Source: an uncultured archaeon (GTDB taxonomy: Archaea > Asgardarchaeota > Lokiarchaeia > Sigyniarchaeales > SOKP01). From it: a DNA stretch of 64,000 bases. Position 1 is the stretch's first letter; every line of letters begins with the position of its first letter. The position numbers were made by a program, and so were the translations under genes. The stretch is taken from contig CAZWEM010000006.1 in the NCBI GenBank assembly GCA_964632315.1, forward strand, positions 32,001 through 96,000, read 5' to 3'. The notes beneath the pieces were generated by a model that saw only the letters and a program-made list of their open reading frames with translations, was not told the DNA's origin and searched no databases. Of this stretch, positions 21,403 through 30,863 are shown piece by piece.

Positions 21403-21552
21403 GCCGGTGTGGCTTAGCTGGTTATAGCGCCAGACACGCATCAATCTGAAAAATTGGGTCAGACTGAAAGCGCTGGACTCATAATCTGGAGGTCGAGGGC
21501 TCGAAAAGTTGCTGGAAATCACTCCAGTAATTCGGGGATCCCTCCACCGGCA
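21403..21552 (+). tRNA. tRNA-Met(CAT), probably elongator, with introns at 32/33 (21436-21478) and 59/60 (21506-21538)
   Basis: Acceptor GCCGGTG/CACCGGC. Spliced anticodon arm CCAGA-CTCATAA-TCTGG; T arm GAGGG-CTCGAAT-CCCTC; BHB motifs at both introns. Confidence 0.92.
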
Positions 21553-21599
21553 TTCTTTTTTACTCAAATAATAATTAAATAACTCAAACTAAGATATAA

Positions 21600-22232
21600 A
21601 TGGTTATTGAATGGATTATTTTTGACGCTTGGGGTGTCATATACCAACCCGGAAACCTGATTAAAGAGATGTTAATCCCTTTTATCACAGAAAGGAATCC
21701 AAAAATAAGTGAAAATCAAATTTACAAACTATATCTAAAAGCAAGTGTTGGAGAAATCTCATCAAAAGAAATATGGGAGGCATTAGAATTTAAGTCAGGT
21801 TATCCAGAAATAGAAAATTTATATATAAGTTCTCATAGATCTATTTTGGAGCCCGATTTTATACAAGTTGCTAAAAATTTACGCAAAAGTTTCAAGTTAG
21901 GCCTAATTTCAAATGATGTGAAGGAATGGTCTCTAGCACTACTTGAGAGATTTAATATTAAGGATTATTTCGATTTGATTTTGATTAGTGGAGAGATAAA
22001 AGTTAGGAAACCAGATCAATCAATCTTTGGTAAATTTATCGAATTGTCAAATTCTAAACCTGAAAATTGTGTGTTCATTGATGATCGCCTTGAAAATTTA
22101 AGGGCCGCAAACGAATTTGGAATGAATTGCTTAAGATTCATTAAAAGAGAAACAAAAGTAGCATTTTGCTCTAAATTTGAAATTTCTAACTTTACAGAAT
22201 TAGTACATATTTTAGATAATTTCTTCACGTAA
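21600..22232 (+). CDS. HAD-superfamily hydrolase
   Basis: IIFDAWGV, LISND, RKPD, FIDD. Confidence 0.88.
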   Translation: MVIEWIIFDAWGVIYQPGNLIKEMLIPFITERNPKISENQIYKLYLKASVGEISSKEIWEALEFKSGYPEIENLYISSHRSILEPDFIQVAKNLRKSFKLGLISNDVKEWSLALLERFNIKDYFDLILISGEIKVRKPDQSIFGKFIELSNSKPENCVFIDDRLENLRAANEFGMNCLRFIKRETKVAFCSKFEISNFTELVHILDNFFT

Positions 22233-23432
22233 TTTTATTCCCTCATTTTTAGAGGGAAATCTATGAACATAACAACGAGTAGGTAAACCACTTTCTATCG
22301 CAGCTAAACACCTATTACATGAAATACACGATACTTCGCTAACTCCTTTTCGAAAATTTTTAACTAAGAAAGGCTCTCGAATAAAAGGTCTTGAAAGTGA
22401 TACAAAATCAGCTTGATTAGTAGAAATAATTGATTCCATATCTGCTACTTTACGCATGCCTCCTACTAATATTAAAGGAAAATCACCAAGCATCTTGCGA
22501 ACTACTTTCGAATCACTAACATTATAAGGAAAATCAAATTCGAATTTTCCTTTTAATTTCTTAAACATCGATTTTGCGACGGGTTTCTTCCAAGCTTCAA
22601 GAAATTCAATTATCTCTTCTGCTGGAACTTTTCCCCGACACATGTTCATGAAAGAAAACATACCTGAACCACCACTCGCTTCTAGACCATCTACACCTAA
22701 CTCTTTCATCCATTTTCCGTACTTAGCAGCTAAAGCAGGAGTTACACCATCATTGACATGATCGTTTATGTTATACTTAACTAGAAACAGCTTTTCTTTT
22801 GGTAAATCTTTCTTAACTCTTGAAATTATCTCTCTGAAAATTCTGAATCTTTTTTCATCTGAACCCCCCCATTTGTCATCCCTTCTATTGAAATAAGGGG
22901 AAAGGAATTGGCTTAATAGATATGTATGAGCAGCATGAAGTTGCATCCCATCAGCGCCAGCAGAAATGCATCTTGAAGCTGCTTCGCAAAAAGAAGTTAT
23001 AATTTCCTCGATTTGGTCCTCACTTGCTTCCTTTGCTTTTTCCAGAGTTGTTGGATTTCGAATCTTCCCAGAAGGAGCGATTGGGTCTCCATTAATTACC
23101 TTTTTTTTTGTCTGCATTCCTGCATGAGCAATCTGAAAAATAATCTTACCTCCATTCTCGTGGACTCTTTCCGCGAGTTTTTCTAATCCAGGAAGGAATT
23201 CATCTGAATATATATTAGTCTGATATTGATATGCCCTTCCTAAAGGATGTACGTTCATGTATCCTGATATTATCAAACCTATTTCTCCTTTCGCAAGAGT
23301 TTCATACATTTTTAAAAGCTTTTCAGTCACTTTCCCTTCTTTAGTTGCCATGCCTTCATAAGTAGCAGAACGCACAAACCTATTTTGAAATTTAAAAGAA
23401 CCTATCTTGAAAGGAGAAAATAATATTGACAT
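22212..23432 (-). CDS. NADH:flavin oxidoreductase (old yellow enzyme family)
   Basis: NRFVRSAT, QIAHAG, DGMQLHAAHTYLLSQFLSP, C-terminal CISCNRC. Confidence 0.92.
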   Translation of the reverse strand: MSILFSPFKIGSFKFQNRFVRSATYEGMATKEGKVTEKLLKMYETLAKGEIGLIISGYMNVHPLGRAYQYQTNIYSDEFLPGLEKLAERVHENGGKIIFQIAHAGMQTKKKVINGDPIAPSGKIRNPTTLEKAKEASEDQIEEIITSFCEAASRCISAGADGMQLHAAHTYLLSQFLSPYFNRRDDKWGGSDEKRFRIFREIISRVKKDLPKEKLFLVKYNINDHVNDGVTPALAAKYGKWMKELGVDGLEASGGSGMFSFMNMCRGKVPAEEIIEFLEAWKKPVAKSMFKKLKGKFEFDFPYNVSDSKVVRKMLGDFPLILVGGMRKVADMESIISTNQADFVSLSRPFIREPFLVKNFRKGVSEVSCISCNRCLAAIESGLPTRCYVHRFPSKNEGIKLREEII

Positions 23433-23553
23433 TTTTATCTTATATGAGACTTTAGATTAAAACGAATAATTTTTGCGTATTTTTAACTTCTTTCAAAAAA
23501 TACTAAAAAAAGTTCCAAAATCTAATTAGAAAAATAATAAATTTTGTAGAAAT

Positions 23554-24327
23554 TTAATTCTTAGCCCATTTCCAAGCAGTTGTTATAGCTCCTTGTCGAC
23601 AAGTTGCCACACAATTTCCACATAAAATACATTCTATGTTTTCCATCGAGCTATTTTGTACCATTGCAGTGACGTCAAGGCTCATTGGACAGCTTTTAGA
23701 ACACATCTTACATTTAGTGCACTTTTCTGTATCAGCTTCTAAGTGATATGAAGGATATTTAAGTTTATTTTTGATCCACGCTCCTATAATCATGAATGGC
23801 GCCATCCAACATACATAATGGCATCCTGCTCTTTTTCCAGCTGCAAAAGTAATTAAGAGTAAGCTAAACACTACCGTTAGATAAATTACATATCCACTGG
23901 GAGAATCAACTGAGATACCCGATTCAGTAAGATGAAACATATTGATAGCGCTATATCCTCCTGCCATTATAGCAAAGGTAGCGATCATTCCTATCCAAGG
24001 GATCCAAATGGCCCATTTAATTAAATTTCGTTTTCCTCCTTTGGAAGTTTTGTTATGGACCATCCCACCAAATTCCATTAATCCTCCACCTGGACACAGA
24101 TAAGAACAAAATGCCCTCCCAACAATCAAGGAGCTAATAAAGAGTCCAACAAATACAATGAAACTCCCGTTAATAATTCCTTCCATAGCGCTTTCAATGA
24201 TGACGTATGGAGAGAGATAATTCATTGTAATTGGAAATAACAGAAGTGATATAAATAAAATACCTTTTCTAAGCTTCTGATTTGGCTTTTTAGATTTTCC
24301 TTCTTCAGTTTTATTCACTTTCTTCAC
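23554..24327 (-). CDS. Membrane polyferredoxin (NapH/MauN-like 4Fe-4S protein)
   Basis: TM segments, GRAFCSYLCP, GCHYVCW, two CxxCxxCxxxC motifs. Confidence 0.88.
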   Translation of the reverse strand: MKKVNKTEEGKSKKPNQKLRKGILFISLLLFPITMNYLSPYVIIESAMEGIINGSFIVFVGLFISSLIVGRAFCSYLCPGGGLMEFGGMVHNKTSKGGKRNLIKWAIWIPWIGMIATFAIMAGGYSAINMFHLTESGISVDSPSGYVIYLTVVFSLLLITFAAGKRAGCHYVCWMAPFMIIGAWIKNKLKYPSYHLEADTEKCTKCKMCSKSCPMSLDVTAMVQNSSMENIECILCGNCVATCRQGAITTAWKWAKN

Positions 24328-24826
24328 GCCTCATCTCATTTACTCTCTTCATAATCTGTTTTGTGAATTCTATAGCTTTTTCATTTACTTCTTCTTCTCC
24401 TTTTTGCATTGGATCCTGAAAGCCAGTTTCAGCAATAATATTAGTATTTTCAAGTAATTCTTTGAATTTTTGCATTGCTTTTACCCCATCTCCTGCATAA
24501 CACATCCAGAGAGCAACATTCTTACCTGAAAGATCATGATTCTTTATGAAAGAATGGATAGGAGGTGAATATCTCCAAGCCCATACGGGGGTTCCCAATA
24601 CCAATAGATCATATTCCTCTGGTTTAATGGTATAATCTTCCAACTTTGGCTTTTTATTCATGTATGCTTGAAATCCACCCCAGAAATATCTCATTCCACT
24701 ATTTGCTTTTAGTTGTTTTATGGGTTTTAAGGGCAGTATATCTGAATTCAGCTCGGACCTTATTTTCTCCGCTATAAATTTGGTATTTCCAGTTAAGGAA
24801 TAATACACAATTAATATTTTCGTCAT
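24311..24826 (-). CDS. Flavodoxin
   Basis: YYSLTGNT, LGTPVW. Confidence 0.92.
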   Translation of the reverse strand: MTKILIVYYSLTGNTKFIAEKIRSELNSDILPLKPIKQLKANSGMRYFWGGFQAYMNKKPKLEDYTIKPEEYDLLVLGTPVWAWRYSPPIHSFIKNHDLSGKNVALWMCYAGDGVKAMQKFKELLENTNIIAETGFQDPMQKGEEEVNEKAIEFTKQIMKRVNEMRREESE

Positions 24827-24849
24827 ATTTCAACCTCTTAATCTTTTAT

Positions 24850-25515
24850 TTATTCCTTTGGTTTTAATCCTTCTGCGATGATATCGAAGGTAAATTTAAC
24901 AAGTTCATCTGGATCAATGCCATATTTTTCTATATCATTTTTATGCTGCATTAATTCCTTCATCATTCCATTGGTTAGATTAGATAGCATAAAACCAATT
25001 AATAAAGGAGGTTTATCATTTCGAATTTGCTTACTCTGAATGGCTTTTCCCAATATCACTACAAAATACTCCCCAAATTCTTCCGATTTTTGTAAGTAGG
25101 CTTTTTCAATCTCATCCAGGTCCTTTTTGTCTTTTTTATCTAAATTTGGTACTTTCTGAGCAACATCATGAAAAATATTCGCGTATGCGGGATATTTCTT
25201 AATGAAATTGTAGTAGGATAAGCCTACTTCTTTTACTTGTTGGATACCAGGTTCAATCTTTTCCATTCGTTTCTTTAGAAGATTTAAAAAAAGTTCATAT
25301 GCTTTAGTGGCTATTGCTAAATACAAGGCATCTTTAAGTTCATTAGTCTCGAAGGCATTGTATAAAGTTCCTTTGCTATATCCTGCTTCATCTGCAACAT
25401 CTTGCATTGTTGTATTTTCATATCCTTTACTTAAGAACAACTTTTCAGCAGCTTCGAGAACAATTTTTCTCCTATGTTCTTCAATTAGTAATTTTTCTTT
25501 TTCTTTTCCGCTCAT
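24850..25515 (-). CDS. TetR/AcrR family regulator
   Basis: AAEKLFLSKGYENTTMQDVADEAGYSKGTLY. Confidence 0.95.
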   Translation of the reverse strand: MSGKEKEKLLIEEHRRKIVLEAAEKLFLSKGYENTTMQDVADEAGYSKGTLYNAFETNELKDALYLAIATKAYELFLNLLKKRMEKIEPGIQQVKEVGLSYYNFIKKYPAYANIFHDVAQKVPNLDKKDKKDLDEIEKAYLQKSEEFGEYFVVILGKAIQSKQIRNDKPPLLIGFMLSNLTNGMMKELMQHKNDIEKYGIDPDELVKFTFDIIAEGLKPKE

Positions 25516-25539
25516 ATTTCATTCCTTTTTAATATGCAT

Positions 25540-25640
25540 TGACCAAGGGTCAAGAGCTTAACCATAGGTCATTAATAGATCATAGTTTATTTTACTATTT
25601 AAACTTTTGTACTAAAGGTCACTATCTTGACTCTTGGTCA
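25540..25640. promoter_or_regulatory. Four TGACCnnnGGTCA-type operator palindromes flanking the minus-strand BRE/TATA of the tetR operon
   Basis: 25540 TGACCAAGGGTCA, 25559 TAACCATAGGTCA, 25609 GTACTAAAGGTCA, 25628 TGACTCTTGGTCA; minus-strand AAAAG-TTTAAATA at about 25595-25608. Confidence 0.8.
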
Positions 25641-25720
25641 TTACAATGAAAATTAAATTGAATTCTAACATCATTGTATTTTTTATCTAATTCTTTATAA
25701 AAAGAAGAGGAAAGAATAAC

Positions 25721-26536
25721 TTACTGATCTTCTTTAACCAGAGTTCCCCCAGATCGTTTAACTGCTTTCTTTTTAAAATTTTTTTGAAATCCTGGTTTAT
25801 AATTCATATATGTAGGGATAGGATATCGTAATCCTGCTTTATGAGTTACTTTTAGTCCATCCACTAGGGAATTTATTTTAGAGCTTGGGATGGAAAATAG
25901 GACCTCATCGTCTTGAGCTCCACCCCATACACGATCTCCATTTCCTAGAATTACTAATTGAGGTTTATCTTTGAGAAAAGTTTTGATGACTCCATCGTGG
26001 CATGATCCACCTCTTCCAGCGGCAGAGAATTCGAGTACTCCACCTTCATAATAAAGATGTGCTTGTATTAGTCTCATAGCTTGAGCCGGATTGCAAAATA
26101 TTAAAATGACATCTGGGACAACTTTTGAACGAGTTAAAGGAGATATGATAATACCTAAATACGAATTGGGTAAAATTTTTAATTGTTTTGTCCATTTTTC
26201 AGCAATTTCCTCAGAATGGGAATATAGTCCAACACTAAATTGATTACCGAATTTGAGTGATTCGGGCGTTATTTCATCCCAATTATACACGGTTCGAGCG
26301 ACCTTACAAGAGCAATCTTCATTCATGACCGCGATCGTCCACCCATAGGTGCGAGCCATCTTAAAATTTTGGCAAACAAACATTTCTAAATTTAGATCTT
26401 GATGCGCTCTCTTAAAATTTTCTAAAATTTCAGATTTATCCTTGATCATTTTTACAGCTAATGGAAAAGAGGCAAGTCGTAGATATTTTTCCAATTCAAA
26501 ACCAAACTCATGGAATGTTTTGAGATCATCAATCAT
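25721..26536 (-). CDS. DUF169 family protein
   Basis: LRLASFPLAVKM, CQ...AR..G, PDVILIFCNPAQAMRL. Confidence 0.85.
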   Translation of the reverse strand: MIDDLKTFHEFGFELEKYLRLASFPLAVKMIKDKSEILENFKRAHQDLNLEMFVCQNFKMARTYGWTIAVMNEDCSCKVARTVYNWDEITPESLKFGNQFSVGLYSHSEEIAEKWTKQLKILPNSYLGIIISPLTRSKVVPDVILIFCNPAQAMRLIQAHLYYEGGVLEFSAAGRGGSCHDGVIKTFLKDKPQLVILGNGDRVWGGAQDDEVLFSIPSSKINSLVDGLKVTHKAGLRYPIPTYMNYKPGFQKNFKKKAVKRSGGTLVKEDQ

Positions 26537-26630
26537 AATTTTTTAACGCTAATTAGTATTAGTTTATAGTAGATTGAATTGTTCGATGTTTGATTATTAA
26601 ATATTAATTTAAACTATATATTACTATCTT

Positions 26631-27992
26631 ATGGTAAATTCCTTCCAACCTTTTAGATATAATTCAATTGAAGATTTAAATTCAGAACTGAATAAACTTG
26701 AAATTCAGCTTCCCATAAGTGGTGAAGTTGAGGTTTTAAAGGAGAAAGTTCAGGTTAATAATCGAATAATACAAAATCGGCTGGCAATTCAACCCATGGA
26801 AGGTTTTGATGCAGATTTAGACGGAACCCCTACTGATCTCACTTTTCGTCGGTATTTGCGTTATGCCGAAGGAGGAGCGGGTTTAATTTGGTTTGAAGCT
26901 ACTGCTATCACCAAGGAAAGCCGTTCAAATAATCATCAATTGTTATTATCTGAAGCTAACGTGGATAGTTTCCGAAATTTAGTAAGTAAAACGAAGGAAC
27001 AATGCAATACTACATTAAAAAAGTTAGGGTTTAAAAAAGAATGCATGGTTGTTCTTCAATTGAATCACTCGGGTAGATACTCGACAAAAGAAGGCGAAAA
27101 ATATCCAATAAGAGTTTTTGAATTTAAGGAATTAGATGATGCTCTTAAAGTTAACCAAAAGGTTGGAAAAATCATAACTGATACTGAGTTAAAGCTTCTC
27201 GAGGATATATGGATAAAAAAGGTTCTCCTAGCTAAAGAAGCAGGTTTTGATGCGGTTGATATCAAAGCTTGTCATGGTTACCTTATTAGTGAGCTATTGG
27301 CAGCTAGGACGCGTTCAGATTCTATTTATGGGGGGGAATCTTTAGAAAATAGATCTCGATTTTTAGTTAATATTTTCTCCAAACTAAAAAAAAAAGTTAA
27401 TTCCTCAGATAATTTTATCTTAACAACTCGATTTGGAGCATATGATGGAAATCCTTTTCCTTTAGGGTTTGGAGTAAGTTCATCTTTTGATGATGAAATG
27501 CCAATTCCAGATCTTAGTGAACCATTGGAAATTATTCGAAAACTTTATGCCTTAGGATTGCGTTTAATAAACATTACTGCTGGAAATCCTCACTTTATAC
27601 CCCAAATCACTCGGCCATTTGATATTCCTGTAAAAGGAGGAGAAAAATCAACTGAGCATCCATTATTAGGAGTTAAACGCTTAATTGATCTATGCCATCA
27701 ATTGAAGCAAAATTTGCCTGAAGATCTGGTAATAATTGGATCTGGCTATTCATATTTGAGACAATTTGCGGGTTATTTAGCTGCTGGAGCAATTAAAGAA
27801 AGCTTTGCCGATCTTTGTGGATTTGGAAGGATGGCAATAGCAAACCCTAACTTTCCAAAACAGATCTTTCAAAATGGGATTATCGATAAAAAACAATCTT
27901 GTATTGCTTGTTCTAAATGCTCGCAACTCATGAGAGAAGGTAAAAATATGGGTTGTGCAATTCGAGATCCTTTATATAAGGGAACAACTTAA
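26631..27992 (+). CDS. NADH:flavin oxidoreductase (OYE family) with C-terminal Cys cluster
   Basis: NRLAIQPMEG, QLNHSGR, GFDAVDIKACHGYL, CIACSKC. Confidence 0.9.
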   Translation: MVNSFQPFRYNSIEDLNSELNKLEIQLPISGEVEVLKEKVQVNNRIIQNRLAIQPMEGFDADLDGTPTDLTFRRYLRYAEGGAGLIWFEATAITKESRSNNHQLLLSEANVDSFRNLVSKTKEQCNTTLKKLGFKKECMVVLQLNHSGRYSTKEGEKYPIRVFEFKELDDALKVNQKVGKIITDTELKLLEDIWIKKVLLAKEAGFDAVDIKACHGYLISELLAARTRSDSIYGGESLENRSRFLVNIFSKLKKKVNSSDNFILTTRFGAYDGNPFPLGFGVSSSFDDEMPIPDLSEPLEIIRKLYALGLRLINITAGNPHFIPQITRPFDIPVKGGEKSTEHPLLGVKRLIDLCHQLKQNLPEDLVIIGSGYSYLRQFAGYLAAGAIKESFADLCGFGRMAIANPNFPKQIFQNGIIDKKQSCIACSKCSQLMREGKNMGCAIRDPLYKGTT

Positions 27993-29974
27993 TCATAAAT
28001 TTTCTTGTTCTTAAAGTCTTGCCAAACGTTTTCAAACCATGTTATATTCTTGGGAATAGGTCGAGTGTCAATCCAATTGACATTTATTTTATCATTCATC
28101 AATTGGAGGGTCTGGATTTTCTTTTTTAGATGATTCTCGTTCGAAATAAATTCAAATTTATCAAGAGGTTTTGGAGGAATTATAATATTCTCGCCTTCTC
28201 GTAAATTTTCTCTTAGTATCAGAAATGAACCTCTACTTTCCCCTCCTTGGTTGTGATAATCCTCAATAGCTTTTAAAAAAACAAAATGGGTAAGAAGAGC
28301 ATCTTTCACTTGAAAATATTCTAAAAAGTCCTCATTAGTAACAATGGAAACTGTCTCATGATATTTGGGAATAAGAGATTGAATGTTTTCTATATTTTCA
28401 TTAAGAGACTTGTAAGGTCTTATAATTGAACCGAATTTATTCATTGTTTCTTGAAGACTTTTCAAGATTGAGTTGGGTTTTAAAATTTTTTTCTTGTTTT
28501 CTAAAGCTTTTTTAACTTCAGATATTAATATTTGCGTGCCAACTTTAGCGTTATATTTAAATGTTGCATCATCAATCGACATCTCATAATTTTTATTTCT
28601 CGCAATTTTTTGAGCTGCTCTTAAGCCTCCCACTTGTCCAGAGTTTAATGCAGCTCCTCCTGGCCTGTGAATTCCATGTGAACCATTAATCTCTCCTATC
28701 GCGAAAAGATGGTTAATATTCGTCTCCCACCAGATATCTCCAATTATCCCCCCATTAAGGTGCTGATTACAAACTCCTATTTCAATTGGTTCGATTGAGA
28801 GATCTATCTCATTTTTTTGATAAAGTTTTATTGCATCCTCATTCATAATCTTAAGCCGTTCAAAAGGCGTGCCTTTAATAGCATTACAGTTTTCTAAATA
28901 GATTCTTGATTCATTTGATAGTTCATCGAAATTGAAATCTTTGGGATTGCGTCTAAAATCTAAAAATATTTTTCTATTTAGAATGTTTTGCTGATAATAA
29001 ACGGATAAATCTATTAAGGAAGAACCCCAATCCTTTATTTGGGATGCGTTGAACGGCCATTGATATCCTTTAAGAAAAATAGCATTGGAGAGTTTTTTAA
29101 AAGACGGAAAAATTTTAGTCAAAAATTCTACTTCTTGCCCCGATTCATCAATTGAGAAATACCTTGGAATAACTTGTTGATATGATCCAGATAGATTCCA
29201 TCGGAACTTTAAAGAAGCTAATCCAAATTGTGATTCTGTTAGGTTTTGAAACTTACAACCCGCTTCAATTGCCAATAGCGTTGTACCAGTTTGAGATGGG
29301 GGATAGACAGAATGTTTATATAAGATAGCAGGTCCTCCAGTAGCAAGAATAACATTACGAGCCTTAAAAAATCTTAAACTTTTCTTAAAATCCGAAAGTG
29401 AATTGCATCGTTGATCTTTTTTAAAACAAATGACACCCATTACATCATTCGGTGTTTTTGATTTGTCAATTATCAACTTGAGAGCATAATGTTGATCATA
29501 GATTTGAATTTGATTCTGTTTTACTTCCTTTAAAAGACAATTTCCCATTTCTTGAGAAGTTAATGGCCCAACGGAAGTTGCTCTTTGTCGAGGATCATTA
29601 TCAGTTTTATATCCTACATAAGCACCGTATTTATCATGAGGGAATTGCACTCCCAGGTTAACTAAATGAAAAAATTCTCTCACGGAATTTGTTGCTTCAA
29701 TTAAAGCTATATCCCCATGCATCGCTCCACCTTGAAAAAAGTCTTTCGCCATTAAATAAGGAGAATCTAAATTTTCTCCGATTGTCGAGAGTTTATAATA
29801 GGTTTGTTTATCAGAACCAGTATTGAATGAAGTACCTCCTCCCAGTTGATCAGTTACAATTGCAATTTTTTCAGGAGACAATCCTTCCATAACCAAATGT
29901 AATGCACAATTTAACCCCGCTGCTCCTGAGCCAATGATTATAGTATTAAATTCTTCAAATTCATTTTCCATCAT
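27989..29974 (-). CDS. FAD-binding oxidoreductase, SdhA/NadB-like flavoprotein
   Basis: IIIGSGAAG, VILATGG, QHLNGG, LFAIGE..GSHG..RPGGAAL; ATG at 29974 follows AGGAGGAG. Confidence 0.85.
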   Translation of the reverse strand: MMENEFEEFNTIIIGSGAAGLNCALHLVMEGLSPEKIAIVTDQLGGGTSFNTGSDKQTYYKLSTIGENLDSPYLMAKDFFQGGAMHGDIALIEATNSVREFFHLVNLGVQFPHDKYGAYVGYKTDNDPRQRATSVGPLTSQEMGNCLLKEVKQNQIQIYDQHYALKLIIDKSKTPNDVMGVICFKKDQRCNSLSDFKKSLRFFKARNVILATGGPAILYKHSVYPPSQTGTTLLAIEAGCKFQNLTESQFGLASLKFRWNLSGSYQQVIPRYFSIDESGQEVEFLTKIFPSFKKLSNAIFLKGYQWPFNASQIKDWGSSLIDLSVYYQQNILNRKIFLDFRRNPKDFNFDELSNESRIYLENCNAIKGTPFERLKIMNEDAIKLYQKNEIDLSIEPIEIGVCNQHLNGGIIGDIWWETNINHLFAIGEINGSHGIHRPGGAALNSGQVGGLRAAQKIARNKNYEMSIDDATFKYNAKVGTQILISEVKKALENKKKILKPNSILKSLQETMNKFGSIIRPYKSLNENIENIQSLIPKYHETVSIVTNEDFLEYFQVKDALLTHFVFLKAIEDYHNQGGESRGSFLILRENLREGENIIIPPKPLDKFEFISNENHLKKKIQTLQLMNDKINVNWIDTRPIPKNITWFENVWQDFKNKKIYD

Positions 29975-29987
29975 CCCTGCTCCTCCT

Positions 29988-30785
29988 TTAAAGACGATGT
30001 AAGTGAAAACCTCCATCGATGTCTATTACGCACCCAGTAGCAAATGGGATCAAACCCTTTACTATTGCGACTACTGGTTTGGCCACGTCAATCGGTTTCC
30101 CCCATCTCTTAATGGGTGTTAATCCCTCGTTAATTAATTTTTCATATTTGTCGTGTACCGTTTGCGTCATTGGTGTATCAATGATTCCTGGAGAAATTTC
30201 AAAAACCGGAATGTTATACTCAGATAATCTATCAGCAAACAGTTTTGTTATCATTGAGACTCCAGCTTTAGAAATACAATACTCACCACGTGAAGTTGCA
30301 GAAGTATATCTATTAATAGAAGATATATTGATGATGTAAGGTTGATATTCATTTATTTCATTCTTTAAATCTATCATCCAATTAGCAACATCTTTAGTCA
30401 AAAAGAAAGGGCCTTTTAAATTTATGGTCATCACGTGATCATAAGATGTTTCTGAAGATATTAAGATGTCTTGTCGAAGTTCCGGTGCTACACCAGCGTT
30501 ATTAACAAGAACATCAATTCTATTGAACTTATACTGGATTTCTTCTAAAAGTCGGGTGCGATCTTCCTTTTTACTAATATCAGCTTGAATAAATAGTATT
30601 CTCTCTTCAATTTTTTCTCCAAAGATAGATTCAAGCGATGCAATGTATTCATTTGCTAATTTGTTTGTCGAGGCTCCATTAATAACGACCGAAAAATCTA
30701 TTTTTGCCAATTCTAAGATAATTGCTTTTCCAATCCCGTGTGTACTACCAGTCACTAATGCAACTTTATTTTGATGCCGTTCCAT
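29988..30785 (-). CDS. Short-chain dehydrogenase/reductase
   Basis: VTGSTHGIG, NNAG, YCISK. Confidence 0.92.
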   Translation of the reverse strand: MERHQNKVALVTGSTHGIGKAIILELAKIDFSVVINGASTNKLANEYIASLESIFGEKIEERILFIQADISKKEDRTRLLEEIQYKFNRIDVLVNNAGVAPELRQDILISSETSYDHVMTINLKGPFFLTKDVANWMIDLKNEINEYQPYIINISSINRYTSATSRGEYCISKAGVSMITKLFADRLSEYNIPVFEISPGIIDTPMTQTVHDKYEKLINEGLTPIKRWGKPIDVAKPVVAIVKGLIPFATGCVIDIDGGFHLHRL

Positions 30786-30863
30786 AGGTTATATTTTGGA
30801 TTGATGTTATTAAAATTATTACTAGTTATCCTTTTTTATTTAATTAACTTAAACTAGTATGTC

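Noticed and set aside
21286-21567. 93-aa minus-strand ORF
   Set aside because: Antisense shadow of the two tRNA genes.
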